This document shows, one piece after another, positions 28,210 through 36,956 of a DNA stretch of 64,000 bases. The notes beneath the pieces are model-generated. The model saw nothing but the letters and a program-made list of their open reading frames with translations, was not told the DNA's origin and ran no database searches. Numbering within the stretch: the stretch's first letter is position 1; every line of letters starts with the position of its first letter. The DNA comes from an uncultured Pseudomonadales bacterium (lineage in GTDB: Bacteria; Patescibacteriota; Microgenomatia; UBA1400; PJMF01): contig CAYMSV010000001.1 of assembly GCA_964393205.1 (NCBI GenBank), positions 173,764-237,763 of the forward strand, in the 5' to 3' direction. The translations under genes were made by a program, and so were the position numbers.

Positions 28210-28827
28210 TTAATCTACTTGTATTACTTGCCACTGACCACCATATAACTCACCAAGTTGCGCAAGTAATTCTTCTAAGGTTTTTGCTCTAATAGCCAAT
28301 ACATTGACAAATCCTTGATTTCTGTCTATGTTTCTTGAGGCCGTAAGATCAAGAGAAACTACGCTATCATTTAGTTCATCAAAGTTTATACAATGATTGT
28401 CCCAACCCACAAAATCAGAAGTTCCAGTACGAGCACAAACTCTGCCTGTAGCATGACCTGCTTTACAAGCATCATTAGCAATAGAAAAACAATTATTGAA
28501 GATCCCATTTTTTTCAGCGATGATGTGTTGAGCAAGATATTGAGCAACTTTTATTTCATTGATATTAGGTGTATCTTGTGGTTCTAAAAGTAAAAATTTT
28601 TTTCCCTTCATTTCAATAACTTTCCCAACCAATTGATGTTTTTCAATAAATTGAGAGATCATGTTTTGTTTTTCTTTTGCTTCTTTCAGTTTATAATCTG
28701 GTTTGGGGTTAAGTTCTTGTCTTGGTTCTTGGATTTTTTTATCTTTTTTAGATAATTTTATAAACGAATTTGTAGTTTCTCCCATAAAATGATGATAACT
28801 GATTTTAAACTTATCTAAAACTATCAA
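28210..28827 (-). CDS. hypothetical protein with a Cys/His cluster
   Basis: 205 aa; ACKAGHATGRVCARTGTSDFVGWDNHC; no family recognised. Confidence 0.35.
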   Translation of the reverse strand: MIVLDKFKISYHHFMGETTNSFIKLSKKDKKIQEPRQELNPKPDYKLKEAKEKQNMISQFIEKHQLVGKVIEMKGKKFLLLEPQDTPNINEIKVAQYLAQHIIAEKNGIFNNCFSIANDACKAGHATGRVCARTGTSDFVGWDNHCINFDELNDSVVSLDLTASRNIDRNQGFVNVLAIRAKTLEELLAQLGELYGGQWQVIQVD

Positions 28828-28860
28828 AAAAGACTATTGAAATAATTACTTATAATTTTG

Positions 28861-28934
28861 TGAGTCGGGAGGGACTCGAACCCTCGACACTCTGCTTAAG
28901 AGGCAGATGCTCTAACCAACTGAGCTACCGACCC
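28861..28934 (-). tRNA. tRNA-Lys(CUU)
   Basis: Cloverleaf; anticodon loop CUCUUAA. Confidence 0.85.
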
Positions 28935-28965
28935 GATTTTAATTACATGATTATAACAAACAATG

Positions 28966-29038
28966 TGCCCCCAGGAGGATTCGAACCTCCATCACTGGTT
29001 CCGAAGACCATTACTCTAATCCATTGAGCTATGGGGGC
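28966..29038 (-). tRNA. tRNA-Arg(UCG)
   Basis: Cloverleaf with U8/A9 and a GGAGGTTCGAATCCTCC T-arm; anticodon loop CUUCGGA; one mismatch in the first pair of the anticodon stem. Confidence 0.7.
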
Positions 29039-29062
29039 GCTCGGTTCTGCAGATATTATAAT

Positions 29063-29280
29063 CCAAAAATATCGAAAATATAGCACGGCATCTTTCATAC
29101 CAGCTGCTTTTTTTACAGAGTAAAAAAGGAGGGTCCAAAATATAACACAGTATCTTTTGTACCAGCTGCTTTTTGCAAAGCAAAAAGACAGGGTCCAAAA
29201 TATAACACAGTATCTTTTGTACCAGCTGCTTTTTGCAAAGCAAAAAGACAGGGTCCAAAATATAGTATAATCGCTCTGTA
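29063..29280. repeat. 60-bp tandem direct repeat, about 3.5 copies, each with an internal imperfect hairpin
   Basis: 29131-29190 and 29191-29250 are identical (GGGTCCAAAATATAACACAGTATCTTTTGTACCAGCTGCTTTTTGCAAAGCAAAAAGACA). Partial or degenerate copies lie on either side. The array ends at a TATAAT box 12 nt before tRNA-Leu. Confidence 0.9.
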
Positions 29281-29281
29281 A

Positions 29282-29363
29282 GCCGAGATGGCGAAATGGT
29301 AGACGCGCACGCTTCAGAAGCGTGTGAGCTTAGCTCATGGAGGTTCGAGTCCTCTTCTCGGCA
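29282..29363 (+). tRNA. tRNA-Leu(CAG)
   Basis: Type II tRNA; anticodon loop UUCAGAA. Confidence 0.85.
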
Positions 29364-29419
29364 CAGAACTTGTCGTTTATAATAAAAGCCTATTTGAATC
29401 AGTGTTCTTTAATATTGAA

Positions 29420-29500
29420 GCCCGGGTGGCGAAATGGTAGACGCGCAGTCTTGAGGTGGCTGTGAAGCAATTCATGGAGGTTCAAGTCCTCTCCCGGGCA
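29420..29500 (+). tRNA. tRNA-Leu(GAG)
   Basis: Type II tRNA; anticodon loop UUGAGGU. Confidence 0.8.
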
Positions 29501-29629
29501 CATTTTTTATTAATGTTTTTGAGGTAGAATAAAAAGTTGCTATTTAAAATAACACTTGAACCGCAGGTGAAAGTCTGCACATCAGGTGAAACCTGAGAAA
29601 TGTGTCCAGAAGCGAAGCTTTCTGGGACA

Positions 29630-29653
29630 CCTCTCCCGGGCACATTTTTTTAT
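29630..29653 (+). repeat. exact duplicate of the 3' end and U-tract of tRNA-Leu(GAG), a tRNA 3' fragment
   Basis: CCTCTCCCGGGCACATTTTTT occurs at 29488-29508 and again at 29630-29650. Confidence 0.85.
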
Positions 29654-29676
29654 TTCTTTTGCTATGATAAAGAAAC

Positions 29677-29750
29677 GGGTAATTAGCTCAGTTGGTTAGA
29701 GCGCATCGTTTACATCGATGAGGTCATAGGTTCGAGTCCTATATTACCCA
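29677..29750 (+). tRNA. tRNA-Val(UAC)
   Basis: Cloverleaf; anticodon loop UUUACAU. Confidence 0.85.
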
Positions 29751-29806
29751 CACTCAACTTTGCTTCTTAATAAAAATCGTTTACAATACAGAAGTTAAAA
29801 AATAAC

Positions 29807-29879
29807 GCCAAGCTAGCCAAGTTGGTCACGGCACATGTCTGAAAAACATGGGATCTTGGTTCGATTCCAAGGCTTGGCA
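29807..29879 (+). tRNA. tRNA-Phe(GAA)
   Basis: Cloverleaf; anticodon loop CUGAAAA. Confidence 0.8.
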
Positions 29880-30088
29880 CGTTCTTTAAGAGATTATTTT
29901 CCCAAAACAGAGGCTAGCATCTGTTTAATGAATTTAAATAGAGCTCTAAAGATGTCTTGAATCATTATTGTTGCTCTATAATTTAATTGATCTTTTGTTT
30001 TAGCAAAAGTCTGATTTTTTTTAGTTTCAAAATCTGATGAATAGTTAGACATAAAAAGATTATAATTTGTTTTGGTGTAAATAAACAA

Positions 30089-30161
30089 GCGAGAGTAGTT
30101 CAGTGGCTAGAATGTCTCCTTGCCAAGGAGAAGGTCGCGGGTTCGAATCCCGTCTCTCGCT
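30089..30161 (+). tRNA. tRNA-Gly(GCC)
   Basis: Cloverleaf; anticodon loop UUGCCAA. Confidence 0.85.
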
Positions 30162-30190
30162 CTCTACAAAAAATAAAACTTTCCAAAAAA

Positions 30191-31237
30191 CTAAATCAAA
30201 TCTCCCTTGGGTTTATATTTAACCCAGGTCTCAAAGATTGTTCTAAGTACAATAATTGTTGGTACGGCCAGCAGTGCTCCTGCTATTCCAAAAATAGTAC
30301 CACCGATTAAAATACCCAAAATTACGGTTAGGCCGCTAACATTAATATTTCTTTGCATGACTCTGGGAACAATCAGATTATTTTCTAATTGCTGAATGAT
30401 GACGTAAAGTACTAAAGTGACAATTGCTCCTGGCCAGCCCAGGGTTGCTAGGGCTATCAAAATGGCGGGAATGGCTGAAACTGTGGGGCCTATGTTGGGG
30501 ATAACTTCCATAATCCCAGCTAGAAGCGCCAATGGCAAAGAATAAGGCAGGCCTATTAGGGTTGTGCCAATAAAAACCAAGGCTCCTACAATAATCATTG
30601 TTATGAATTCTCCCCTAATCCAGTTGCCTAGTTGGATATTTATTTCACGAATAGCTTCTTCAAATTGTTTAATTTTTTTATCATCTCTTGTTAGCCAGGA
30701 AAAATCACGAACTACCTGCCCCTTTTCTATAGACATGTAGAGGGAAATTACTAAAGTCATAATAATCGTCAGAAATCCAGAAAAAGTAGAACTAATTACA
30801 TTAATTACGGCAGATAGCGAACCACCCAACTGCTCACTGATTCGACCAATATCTTGTAAATTAAGCTCAAAAGTATCAAGCATGATGTTAATTTCTGGAG
30901 GGAGTTTAAGAGTGCCAAGCATAATTGAGAATTCACTAACTAGGGGAGGGAGAATTAGGGCTAAAAACAATCCAAGAATAATGGAAAATATAAAGTAGAC
31001 AAAAATACTGCTAGTAGACCTTTTCCAACTAAATTTATCTTGAATTTTGCAAATTGGTTTGTTAAGACCAACGCTTATGATGTAAGCGATAAAAGTAATA
31101 AACAGAATGTTTTTAATTTTTTGAATAAACCAAATACCAACTAAGAAAAGAAAAATAAAAACAACAATTGAGGGGGAAATTTTGACAAGTAATTCGTCTT
31201 TTTTAGGCTTTGACATAGTGCTTATACTATAGCACAA
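30191..31237 (-). CDS. AI-2E family transporter (PerM/UPF0118)
   Basis: 8 TM helices; conserved C-terminal region GxxGALLAVP. Confidence 0.75.
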   Translation of the reverse strand: MCYSISTMSKPKKDELLVKISPSIVVFIFLFLVGIWFIQKIKNILFITFIAYIISVGLNKPICKIQDKFSWKRSTSSIFVYFIFSIILGLFLALILPPLVSEFSIMLGTLKLPPEINIMLDTFELNLQDIGRISEQLGGSLSAVINVISSTFSGFLTIIMTLVISLYMSIEKGQVVRDFSWLTRDDKKIKQFEEAIREINIQLGNWIRGEFITMIIVGALVFIGTTLIGLPYSLPLALLAGIMEVIPNIGPTVSAIPAILIALATLGWPGAIVTLVLYVIIQQLENNLIVPRVMQRNINVSGLTVILGILIGGTIFGIAGALLAVPTIIVLRTIFETWVKYKPKGDLI

Positions 31238-32198
31238 GAGCTAGGGTTTTAGTCAAAAGTTTCTGATCATTTGCTTCTAAAAAATTTAAATTTTCAGTTT
31301 TTTTCCACCAAGTATCTTGACGTCTGGCGTATTGAATTTCGCTACGTTGCCATTGTAGAAGAGCCTGGTGCTTGTTTAGTTCGTGGTTGAGATAGTCTGC
31401 CACTTGTGTAAAGCCAATGCTACTGGCAGCTGGTAATTCTGAACTAAGTTTAAATTGGTCAAGACAGGCTTTGACTTCGTGAACAGCATGTTTAAAACGT
31501 TCTGCTACACGTCTTTTAATTTTTTCCTCCCGCTCCTTTTGGGTCAGGGTTAAATGTATGGAACAAATATTTTCTTCTTTGCTTTTTTTAATTGTTTTCT
31601 TTGTATCAGTGAATTGAGCAATTTCAATTGCCCTAATTAGTCTTCGAGGGTTTTGTACATCTGATTGATTCATTGTTTCAAATTTTTCTGGATCAGTTTG
31701 TTTAAGTGTTTCTTGAAGAAATTGAAGCGATTTTTTGTCTAATTTTTGGCGCAAGGTTGGATTGGGTGGAATAGAAAGAGTGGCTGCTGGTTGGATAATT
31801 TGGCGATGATAAAAACCAGTGCCACCGACTAATATTAAAACTTCTTTATCAGTCAACTGCTTTTTAAGGCTTAGGTATAATTTTTTGAAATGGGCGGGTG
31901 ACCAATCTTGCCAAATAGGAATAATACTAACTCCATGAAGAGTAATGGGTAGTTGTGAATGAGCAAAGTGACGATAAGGTTTCTTTTTGATTAGCTGCCA
32001 GCCATGAGGCAGATCTGCAGCGGTTAAAATTTCTAAGCCTTGATAAACCTGGCGAGAATCAACAGAAAGAAGGTAAACTCGTTGAACTTGATTGTTTTCA
32101 ATTAAAGATTCTGCTAAATCTAAGGCAAGTTTGCTTTTACCGGTAGCTGTGGCTCCGGTAATTGAAATTATTTGATTTTGAATCTTTGTTTTTAGCAT
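31227..32198 (-). CDS. miaA: tRNA dimethylallyltransferase
   Basis: ISITGATATGKS P-loop; MiaA length and organisation. Confidence 0.85.
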   Translation of the reverse strand: MLKTKIQNQIISITGATATGKSKLALDLAESLIENNQVQRVYLLSVDSRQVYQGLEILTAADLPHGWQLIKKKPYRHFAHSQLPITLHGVSIIPIWQDWSPAHFKKLYLSLKKQLTDKEVLILVGGTGFYHRQIIQPAATLSIPPNPTLRQKLDKKSLQFLQETLKQTDPEKFETMNQSDVQNPRRLIRAIEIAQFTDTKKTIKKSKEENICSIHLTLTQKEREEKIKRRVAERFKHAVHEVKACLDQFKLSSELPAASSIGFTQVADYLNHELNKHQALLQWQRSEIQYARRQDTWWKKTENLNFLEANDQKLLTKTLALVL

Positions 32199-32199
32199 T

Positions 32200-33351
32200 T
32201 TAAACTACCTTGGGTCTTTGCTTTAGATTGTTTTTGTTAATTAATTTGTCTAAAATTTGCCAGCGTTTTTTCTTAATTGAATGAGGAATGTCGTCTTGAT
32301 AAAGTCTGCTGGCGCTAGTGCCGGGACGAGGCGAATAAATATTAACAAAGGCTAGTTGCCAATTGGCTTTTTTGGCTAAATCCAGGGTGTCTTCAAATTC
32401 TTGCTCTGTTTCTCCAGGGAAGCCAACTATTAGGTCTGTTCCCAGGGTAATATCTGGTGCAGCTTGACGTAATTTTTTTAATAAATTTAGATAGTCTTCA
32501 CGAGTGTAACCGCGATTCATTCGATGTAAAACACTATTGCTGCCGGATTGGACGGGCAAGTGAATGAATCGATCCAGTTTTTGATTATTAGCAATTTCTT
32601 TAATTAACTCATCATGAAAATCCCAAGGATTGCTACTCATAAAACGAATGACCTTGATTTCATCTAAGGCGGAAATCGTTTGCAACAACTCAACAAAAGG
32701 AGGTGTGCCCTTTGCAGGAAAATATTGAGATTGATTGCTTGGTAGATTCTCTCTTTCCATTTCAGAGCGCAAGATTTTTTTGCGATTACTAACACCAATT
32801 TTTTCTAAACCCCAGGAATTAACATTTTGACCAATTAGAGTAATTTCACTGTAACCTTGTTTGGCCAGCTCTGTAGCCTCTTCCATAATATCAATAAAAG
32901 AACGAGACTTTTCTCTGCCTCTGGCATAAGGGACAATACAGTAGGTACAAAAGGAATTACAACCAACAGAAACCGGTATAAAAGCATGTTTTTTGTCTTT
33001 GCGTTTGGCTTTTTTTAAAAAAGCCATTTGATTGCTGGGAATAATTTTGTCGATCATGGGCAAAATTTTTTTAAGATGGTCTTGACCATGATGAATCATG
33101 CAGCCAGAAAAAATTATTTCTGGCTTGCTTTGTTTATTGTCTTGATAATATTTAGCGACTTTAAGTAAAAAAGCTCTAACCCTCTGCTCTGCTCTTTCTC
33201 TAATACTACAGGTCACTACGGCTAATTTTTGACAATCTTGCCAAGAGTTACTTTCACTTAAGCCTTGTTCTTCAAAAAGTGCCGCCATTCTTTCAGCATC
33301 ACTTTTATTAGCCTGACATCCATAAGTTTTGATAAAGTATTTTTTTGACAT
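32200..33351 (-). CDS. miaB: MiaB-family radical-SAM methylthiotransferase (short, apparently without a TRAM domain)
   Basis: YGCQAN N-terminal MTTase domain; CxxxCxxC (CNSFCTYC) radical-SAM motif; adjacent to miaA. Confidence 0.75.
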   Translation of the reverse strand: MSKKYFIKTYGCQANKSDAERMAALFEEQGLSESNSWQDCQKLAVVTCSIRERAEQRVRAFLLKVAKYYQDNKQSKPEIIFSGCMIHHGQDHLKKILPMIDKIIPSNQMAFLKKAKRKDKKHAFIPVSVGCNSFCTYCIVPYARGREKSRSFIDIMEEATELAKQGYSEITLIGQNVNSWGLEKIGVSNRKKILRSEMERENLPSNQSQYFPAKGTPPFVELLQTISALDEIKVIRFMSSNPWDFHDELIKEIANNQKLDRFIHLPVQSGSNSVLHRMNRGYTREDYLNLLKKLRQAAPDITLGTDLIVGFPGETEQEFEDTLDLAKKANWQLAFVNIYSPRPGTSASRLYQDDIPHSIKKKRWQILDKLINKNNLKQRPKVV

Positions 33352-33467
33352 TTAACTGTCCATATTCTAACACCTTATTGTCTTTCCCCTTCACTTTCAT
33401 ATTAATTAGATTAAAATAACTATGTAGAAGCTTTGTTCTTTGACAGTGTTTTTGTTTTTTAAAAAAA

Positions 33468-33541
33468 GGTGCGGTACCAGAGTGGTCCAATGGCGAGGTC
33501 TGCAAAACCTCCGTTCGCGGGTTCGAATCCCGCCCGCACCT
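33468..33541 (+). tRNA. tRNA-Cys(GCA)
   Basis: Cloverleaf; anticodon loop CUGCAAA. Confidence 0.85.
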
Positions 33542-33619
33542 CAACCAACTATTTTTAATTTTTTAAAATAGTTTTATTAATAAATCTTTATGTCTTTTGA
33601 CCTAAAGTAAAGAAAGGTA

Positions 33620-34921
33620 TTGATGCTAATTAAATCAATTGAGGCTCAAGAAGTTTTGGATTCACGAGGAAACCCCACGGTTGGAGTAACTTTGAAGCTT
33701 GAAGATGGAACTGAAGTTTTTTCAGCAGTTCCCTCAGGTGCTTCAACTGGTGCTTATGAAGCACTGGAGCTTCGCGATGAGGACAATACTCGCTATTTGG
33801 GTAAGGGAGTATTAAAAGCTGTAGCCAATGTTAATAATATTATTGCTCCCGAACTCATTGGTCAAGATGTTAGAGAACAAGAAAAACTTGATCAAATGAT
33901 GCTCGATTTAGACGGTACTCAGGGTAAACAAAATTTAGGTGCCAATGCTATTTTGGCAGTATCGATGGCTTGTGTAAAAGCAGCGGCCATAGTTAATAAG
34001 ATGCCTCTTTATGCTTATATAGCTAAACTCTTTGGTAATAGCACTGAAGAATTTGTGATGCCTATTCCAATGTCCAATGTACTTAATGGCGGTAAACATG
34101 CTATCGGTAGTGCTGACATGCAAGAATTTATGATTTTTCCCCTAGCTGCTCCCAATGTAGTAGAAGCAATTCGCTGGAATGCAGAAATTTTCCATCATTT
34201 AGGAAAAATTATTCAGAAAAAAGGTTGGCAAAAAACTGTTGGAGATGAAGGCGGTTATGCTCCTCCACTAGGTACCAATGAGGCTCCTTTACAATTGATT
34301 ATGCAAGCCATTGAAATGGCTGGTTATAAAGCTGGAGAAGATGTTTTCATTGCTCTTGATCCAGCAGCTAGTGAGTTTTATGAGGGTGAGGGTGAAACTG
34401 GTCTTTATGATCTAAAAACCGAGGGTAAAAAACTGACTAGTAGCGAGATGGTTAAAAAATACCAACAATGGGTTGAAGAATATCCAATTGTTTCTATAGA
34501 AGATGGTTTGGCCGAAGATGATTGGAGTGGTTTTAGTGAGTTGACTGAAGTTTTGGGTAAAAAAATTCAAATTATGGGAGATGATCTCTTAGTAACTAAC
34601 CCAGAAAGAATTCAGAAAGCTATCGATAAAAAGGCTGCTAACTCAGTGTTAATTAAACTTAATCAAATCGGCAGCGTCAGTGAGACGATTCAAGCTATTA
34701 AATTAGCTCAAAGCGCTGGTTGGACCTGTGTGGTTTCTCATCGCAGTGGCGAAACAGGAGATACCTTTATTGCCGATTTTGTAGTTGGTACAGGTACCGG
34801 ACAGATTAAAACTGGTTCAATGTGTCGCAGTGAGCGAGTGGCCAAATACAATCGTTTAATGATAATTGAGCGAGAACTAGGAGATAAGGCAAAAATTGCT
34901 AAGTTTCCTTTTAAACAATAG
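33620..34921 (+). CDS. eno: enolase (canonical, all catalytic residues present)
   Basis: SGASTG, GGKHA, VGDEGG, ALDPAASE, IEDG, GDDL, IKLNQIG, SHRSGET and KTG motifs are all present. Confidence 0.95.
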   Translation: MMLIKSIEAQEVLDSRGNPTVGVTLKLEDGTEVFSAVPSGASTGAYEALELRDEDNTRYLGKGVLKAVANVNNIIAPELIGQDVREQEKLDQMMLDLDGTQGKQNLGANAILAVSMACVKAAAIVNKMPLYAYIAKLFGNSTEEFVMPIPMSNVLNGGKHAIGSADMQEFMIFPLAAPNVVEAIRWNAEIFHHLGKIIQKKGWQKTVGDEGGYAPPLGTNEAPLQLIMQAIEMAGYKAGEDVFIALDPAASEFYEGEGETGLYDLKTEGKKLTSSEMVKKYQQWVEEYPIVSIEDGLAEDDWSGFSELTEVLGKKIQIMGDDLLVTNPERIQKAIDKKAANSVLIKLNQIGSVSETIQAIKLAQSAGWTCVVSHRSGETGDTFIADFVVGTGTGQIKTGSMCRSERVAKYNRLMIIERELGDKAKIAKFPFKQ

Positions 34922-34986
34922 TTTGTTTATTGAGAGGGGCTATATGCCCCTCTTTATTAAGCAAATTAAATTAAAAAGGATTATTT

Positions 34987-36489
34987 ATGTCTGATACTTC
35001 TCAAAAAAAGTTAGCGCTAATTATTCTTGATGGCTGGGGTCATTATAAAGATTATCCAGGCAATGCTATTAGTTTAGCTAATACTCCTAATTGGGATAGA
35101 ATGTGGCAGGAAAATCCTAAAGCCCTTTTAGATTGTTCTGGAGAAGCAGTGGGTCTGCCAGCTGGTCAAATGGGTAATAGCGAAATTAATCATGCGGCTA
35201 TTGGTTCAGGACGAGTTATTTATCAAGATTTAGTTAAGTTAAATAAAGCAGCAGCCGAAGGTTTATTGCATACTGCTCCAGCTATTGAAGAAGCCTTTAG
35301 TAGAGCCAAAAACAATTCAACAGCGCTACACATTATGGGTTTATTGAGTCCAGGTGGCGTTCACTCTCATCAGGATCACATTTTCGCTTTGATTAAAGAA
35401 GCGGCTGGCTTTGGAGTGGAAAAAATTTATGTTCATGCAATTACTGATGGACGGGACACGGCTCCCCAAAACTGTTTAGCTAGTTTTGAAAAATTAGATG
35501 AAATTTGCCAAGAAACAGGAGCTCAGCTAGCAACTATTGCTGGTCGTTATTTTGCTATGGACCGTGATCATAATTGGGAGCGAACTGATCTGGCTTATAG
35601 CGCCGTTAAGGATCGTCAAGCCCCTCAGTTTTCCAGTGCCAAAGAAGCAATTAAACATTCTTATGAAAATGGTAAAAATGATGAATTTATTGTTCCCTGT
35701 ACCATCAAAGTTGATGATGAAATAGAAGCTAAAGTTAAAAGTACTGACAGCTTAATTTTTGCTAATTTTCGCAATGATCGACCACGTCAGTTGACTGAGC
35801 GATTTTTAGAAAAAGGTCCTGAAAACATTTTCTTTGTTACCATGACTTTATACAGCGATAAATATCCGGTGGCGGTAGCTTATGGTCCAGAAAAGGTTGA
35901 ACGTACCTTGGGAGAGGTTTTGGCAGAAAACAAAGTGAAGCAATTTCGGGTAACTGAGACTGAAAAATTTGCTCATCTTACATTCTTTATGAATTGCAAG
36001 CGCGAAGAGCCCTACCCTTTAGAAGAGCGTTTTATGTTTAATAGTAATAAGGTAGAAAGTCATGCAGAAAAGCCCGAGATGAAGGCTTTAGATATTGCTG
36101 ACAAGGTGGTAGAAACTATGAACAAGGGTGAGCAGTCAGTAATTTTTACCAATATTTGTAATGGTGACATGGTTGGTCATACTGGAGATATTAGAGCTGC
36201 TGTAAAAGCAGTAGAGGCTGTAGATCAAGCTCTAGGTAAAATTGAACAAACAGCTAAAGAGCAAAATTACGTTTTGATTGTGACTGCTGATCATGGTAAC
36301 TGCGAACAAATGCTTAACGAAGATGGCAGCACAGTCACTGAACACAGTACCAATCCAGTTCCCTTTGTTTTAATTAATGGTGGCCAACTTCTTAGACAAG
36401 AAGGTATCATGGCTGATATTGCTCCCACTATTTTAAAATTATTGGCAATAAATCAACCCTCAGAAATGACTGGTCAAAGCTTGGTCTAG
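34987..36489 (+). CDS. gpmI: 2,3-bisphosphoglycerate-independent phosphoglycerate mutase
   Basis: Collinear with iPGM over its full length (ILDGWG..., TADHGN). Confidence 0.9.
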   Translation: MSDTSQKKLALIILDGWGHYKDYPGNAISLANTPNWDRMWQENPKALLDCSGEAVGLPAGQMGNSEINHAAIGSGRVIYQDLVKLNKAAAEGLLHTAPAIEEAFSRAKNNSTALHIMGLLSPGGVHSHQDHIFALIKEAAGFGVEKIYVHAITDGRDTAPQNCLASFEKLDEICQETGAQLATIAGRYFAMDRDHNWERTDLAYSAVKDRQAPQFSSAKEAIKHSYENGKNDEFIVPCTIKVDDEIEAKVKSTDSLIFANFRNDRPRQLTERFLEKGPENIFFVTMTLYSDKYPVAVAYGPEKVERTLGEVLAENKVKQFRVTETEKFAHLTFFMNCKREEPYPLEERFMFNSNKVESHAEKPEMKALDIADKVVETMNKGEQSVIFTNICNGDMVGHTGDIRAAVKAVEAVDQALGKIEQTAKEQNYVLIVTADHGNCEQMLNEDGSTVTEHSTNPVPFVLINGGQLLRQEGIMADIAPTILKLLAINQPSEMTGQSLV

Positions 36490-36522
36490 TTAATTGATTT
36501 AATAGTTGTGTTACACTAATAA

Positions 36523-36942
36523 TTGAATTACAAAACTTGCAGAAAGGATTTTATGTCAGGTTATAGTGTCAATTTAGAAGAAAAAACCATTCAGAATCAA
36601 AATTTTAGGGAGGTGCTTTATACTGCTCCTCTCACCCAATTGGTAGTGATGTCTATTGCTCCAGGAGACGATATTGGTTTGGAAACACACGATGATCATG
36701 ATCAATTTATTCGTGTAGAAAAAGGAATTGGTCAGGCAATTATTGGTGAGACTACTTATGATTTAGCTGATGGTATAGCGATAGTGATTCCTGCTGGTCA
36801 AAAACACAATGTGATTAATACTTCAAGTAGTGAAGCGCTACAGCTTTATACAGTTTATGCGCCAGCTGAACACCCAGAGGGAAAAATTCACCCAACTAAA
36901 GAAGATGCTCTCAATGACCCAGATTACGCTGATGAGCATTAA
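36523..36942 (+). CDS. cupin domain protein
   Basis: The two-His cupin motifs occur in order (HDDHDQF...PAGQKHN). Confidence 0.6.
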   Translation: MNYKTCRKDFMSGYSVNLEEKTIQNQNFREVLYTAPLTQLVVMSIAPGDDIGLETHDDHDQFIRVEKGIGQAIIGETTYDLADGIAIVIPAGQKHNVINTSSSEALQLYTVYAPAEHPEGKIHPTKEDALNDPDYADEH

Positions 36943-36956
36943 TTTATAGAAATTAG

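Noticed and set aside
29016-29310. Two overlapping minus-strand ORFs (80 and 65 aa) with internally repeated peptides
   Set aside because: They are artefacts of translating the 60-bp tandem repeat. They also overlap tRNA-Arg and tRNA-Leu.
29540-29630. Possible 4.5S/SRP RNA (CCAGAAGCGAAGC hairpin resembles domain IV)
   Set aside because: It lacks the conserved GGAAGGAAGCAGC / AGGUCCGG apical motif and the long terminal helix. I retained it only as an unexplained hairpin within the tRNA-fragment finding.
29894-30088. 64-aa minus-strand ORF between tRNA-Phe and tRNA-Gly
   Set aside because: It lies in AT-rich spacer within a tRNA array with no RBS. It is probably non-coding, although this cannot be excluded.
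33308-33544. 78-aa minus-strand ORF
   Set aside because: It overlaps tRNA-Cys(GCA) and the miaB start, and the tRNA cloverleaf is unambiguous.
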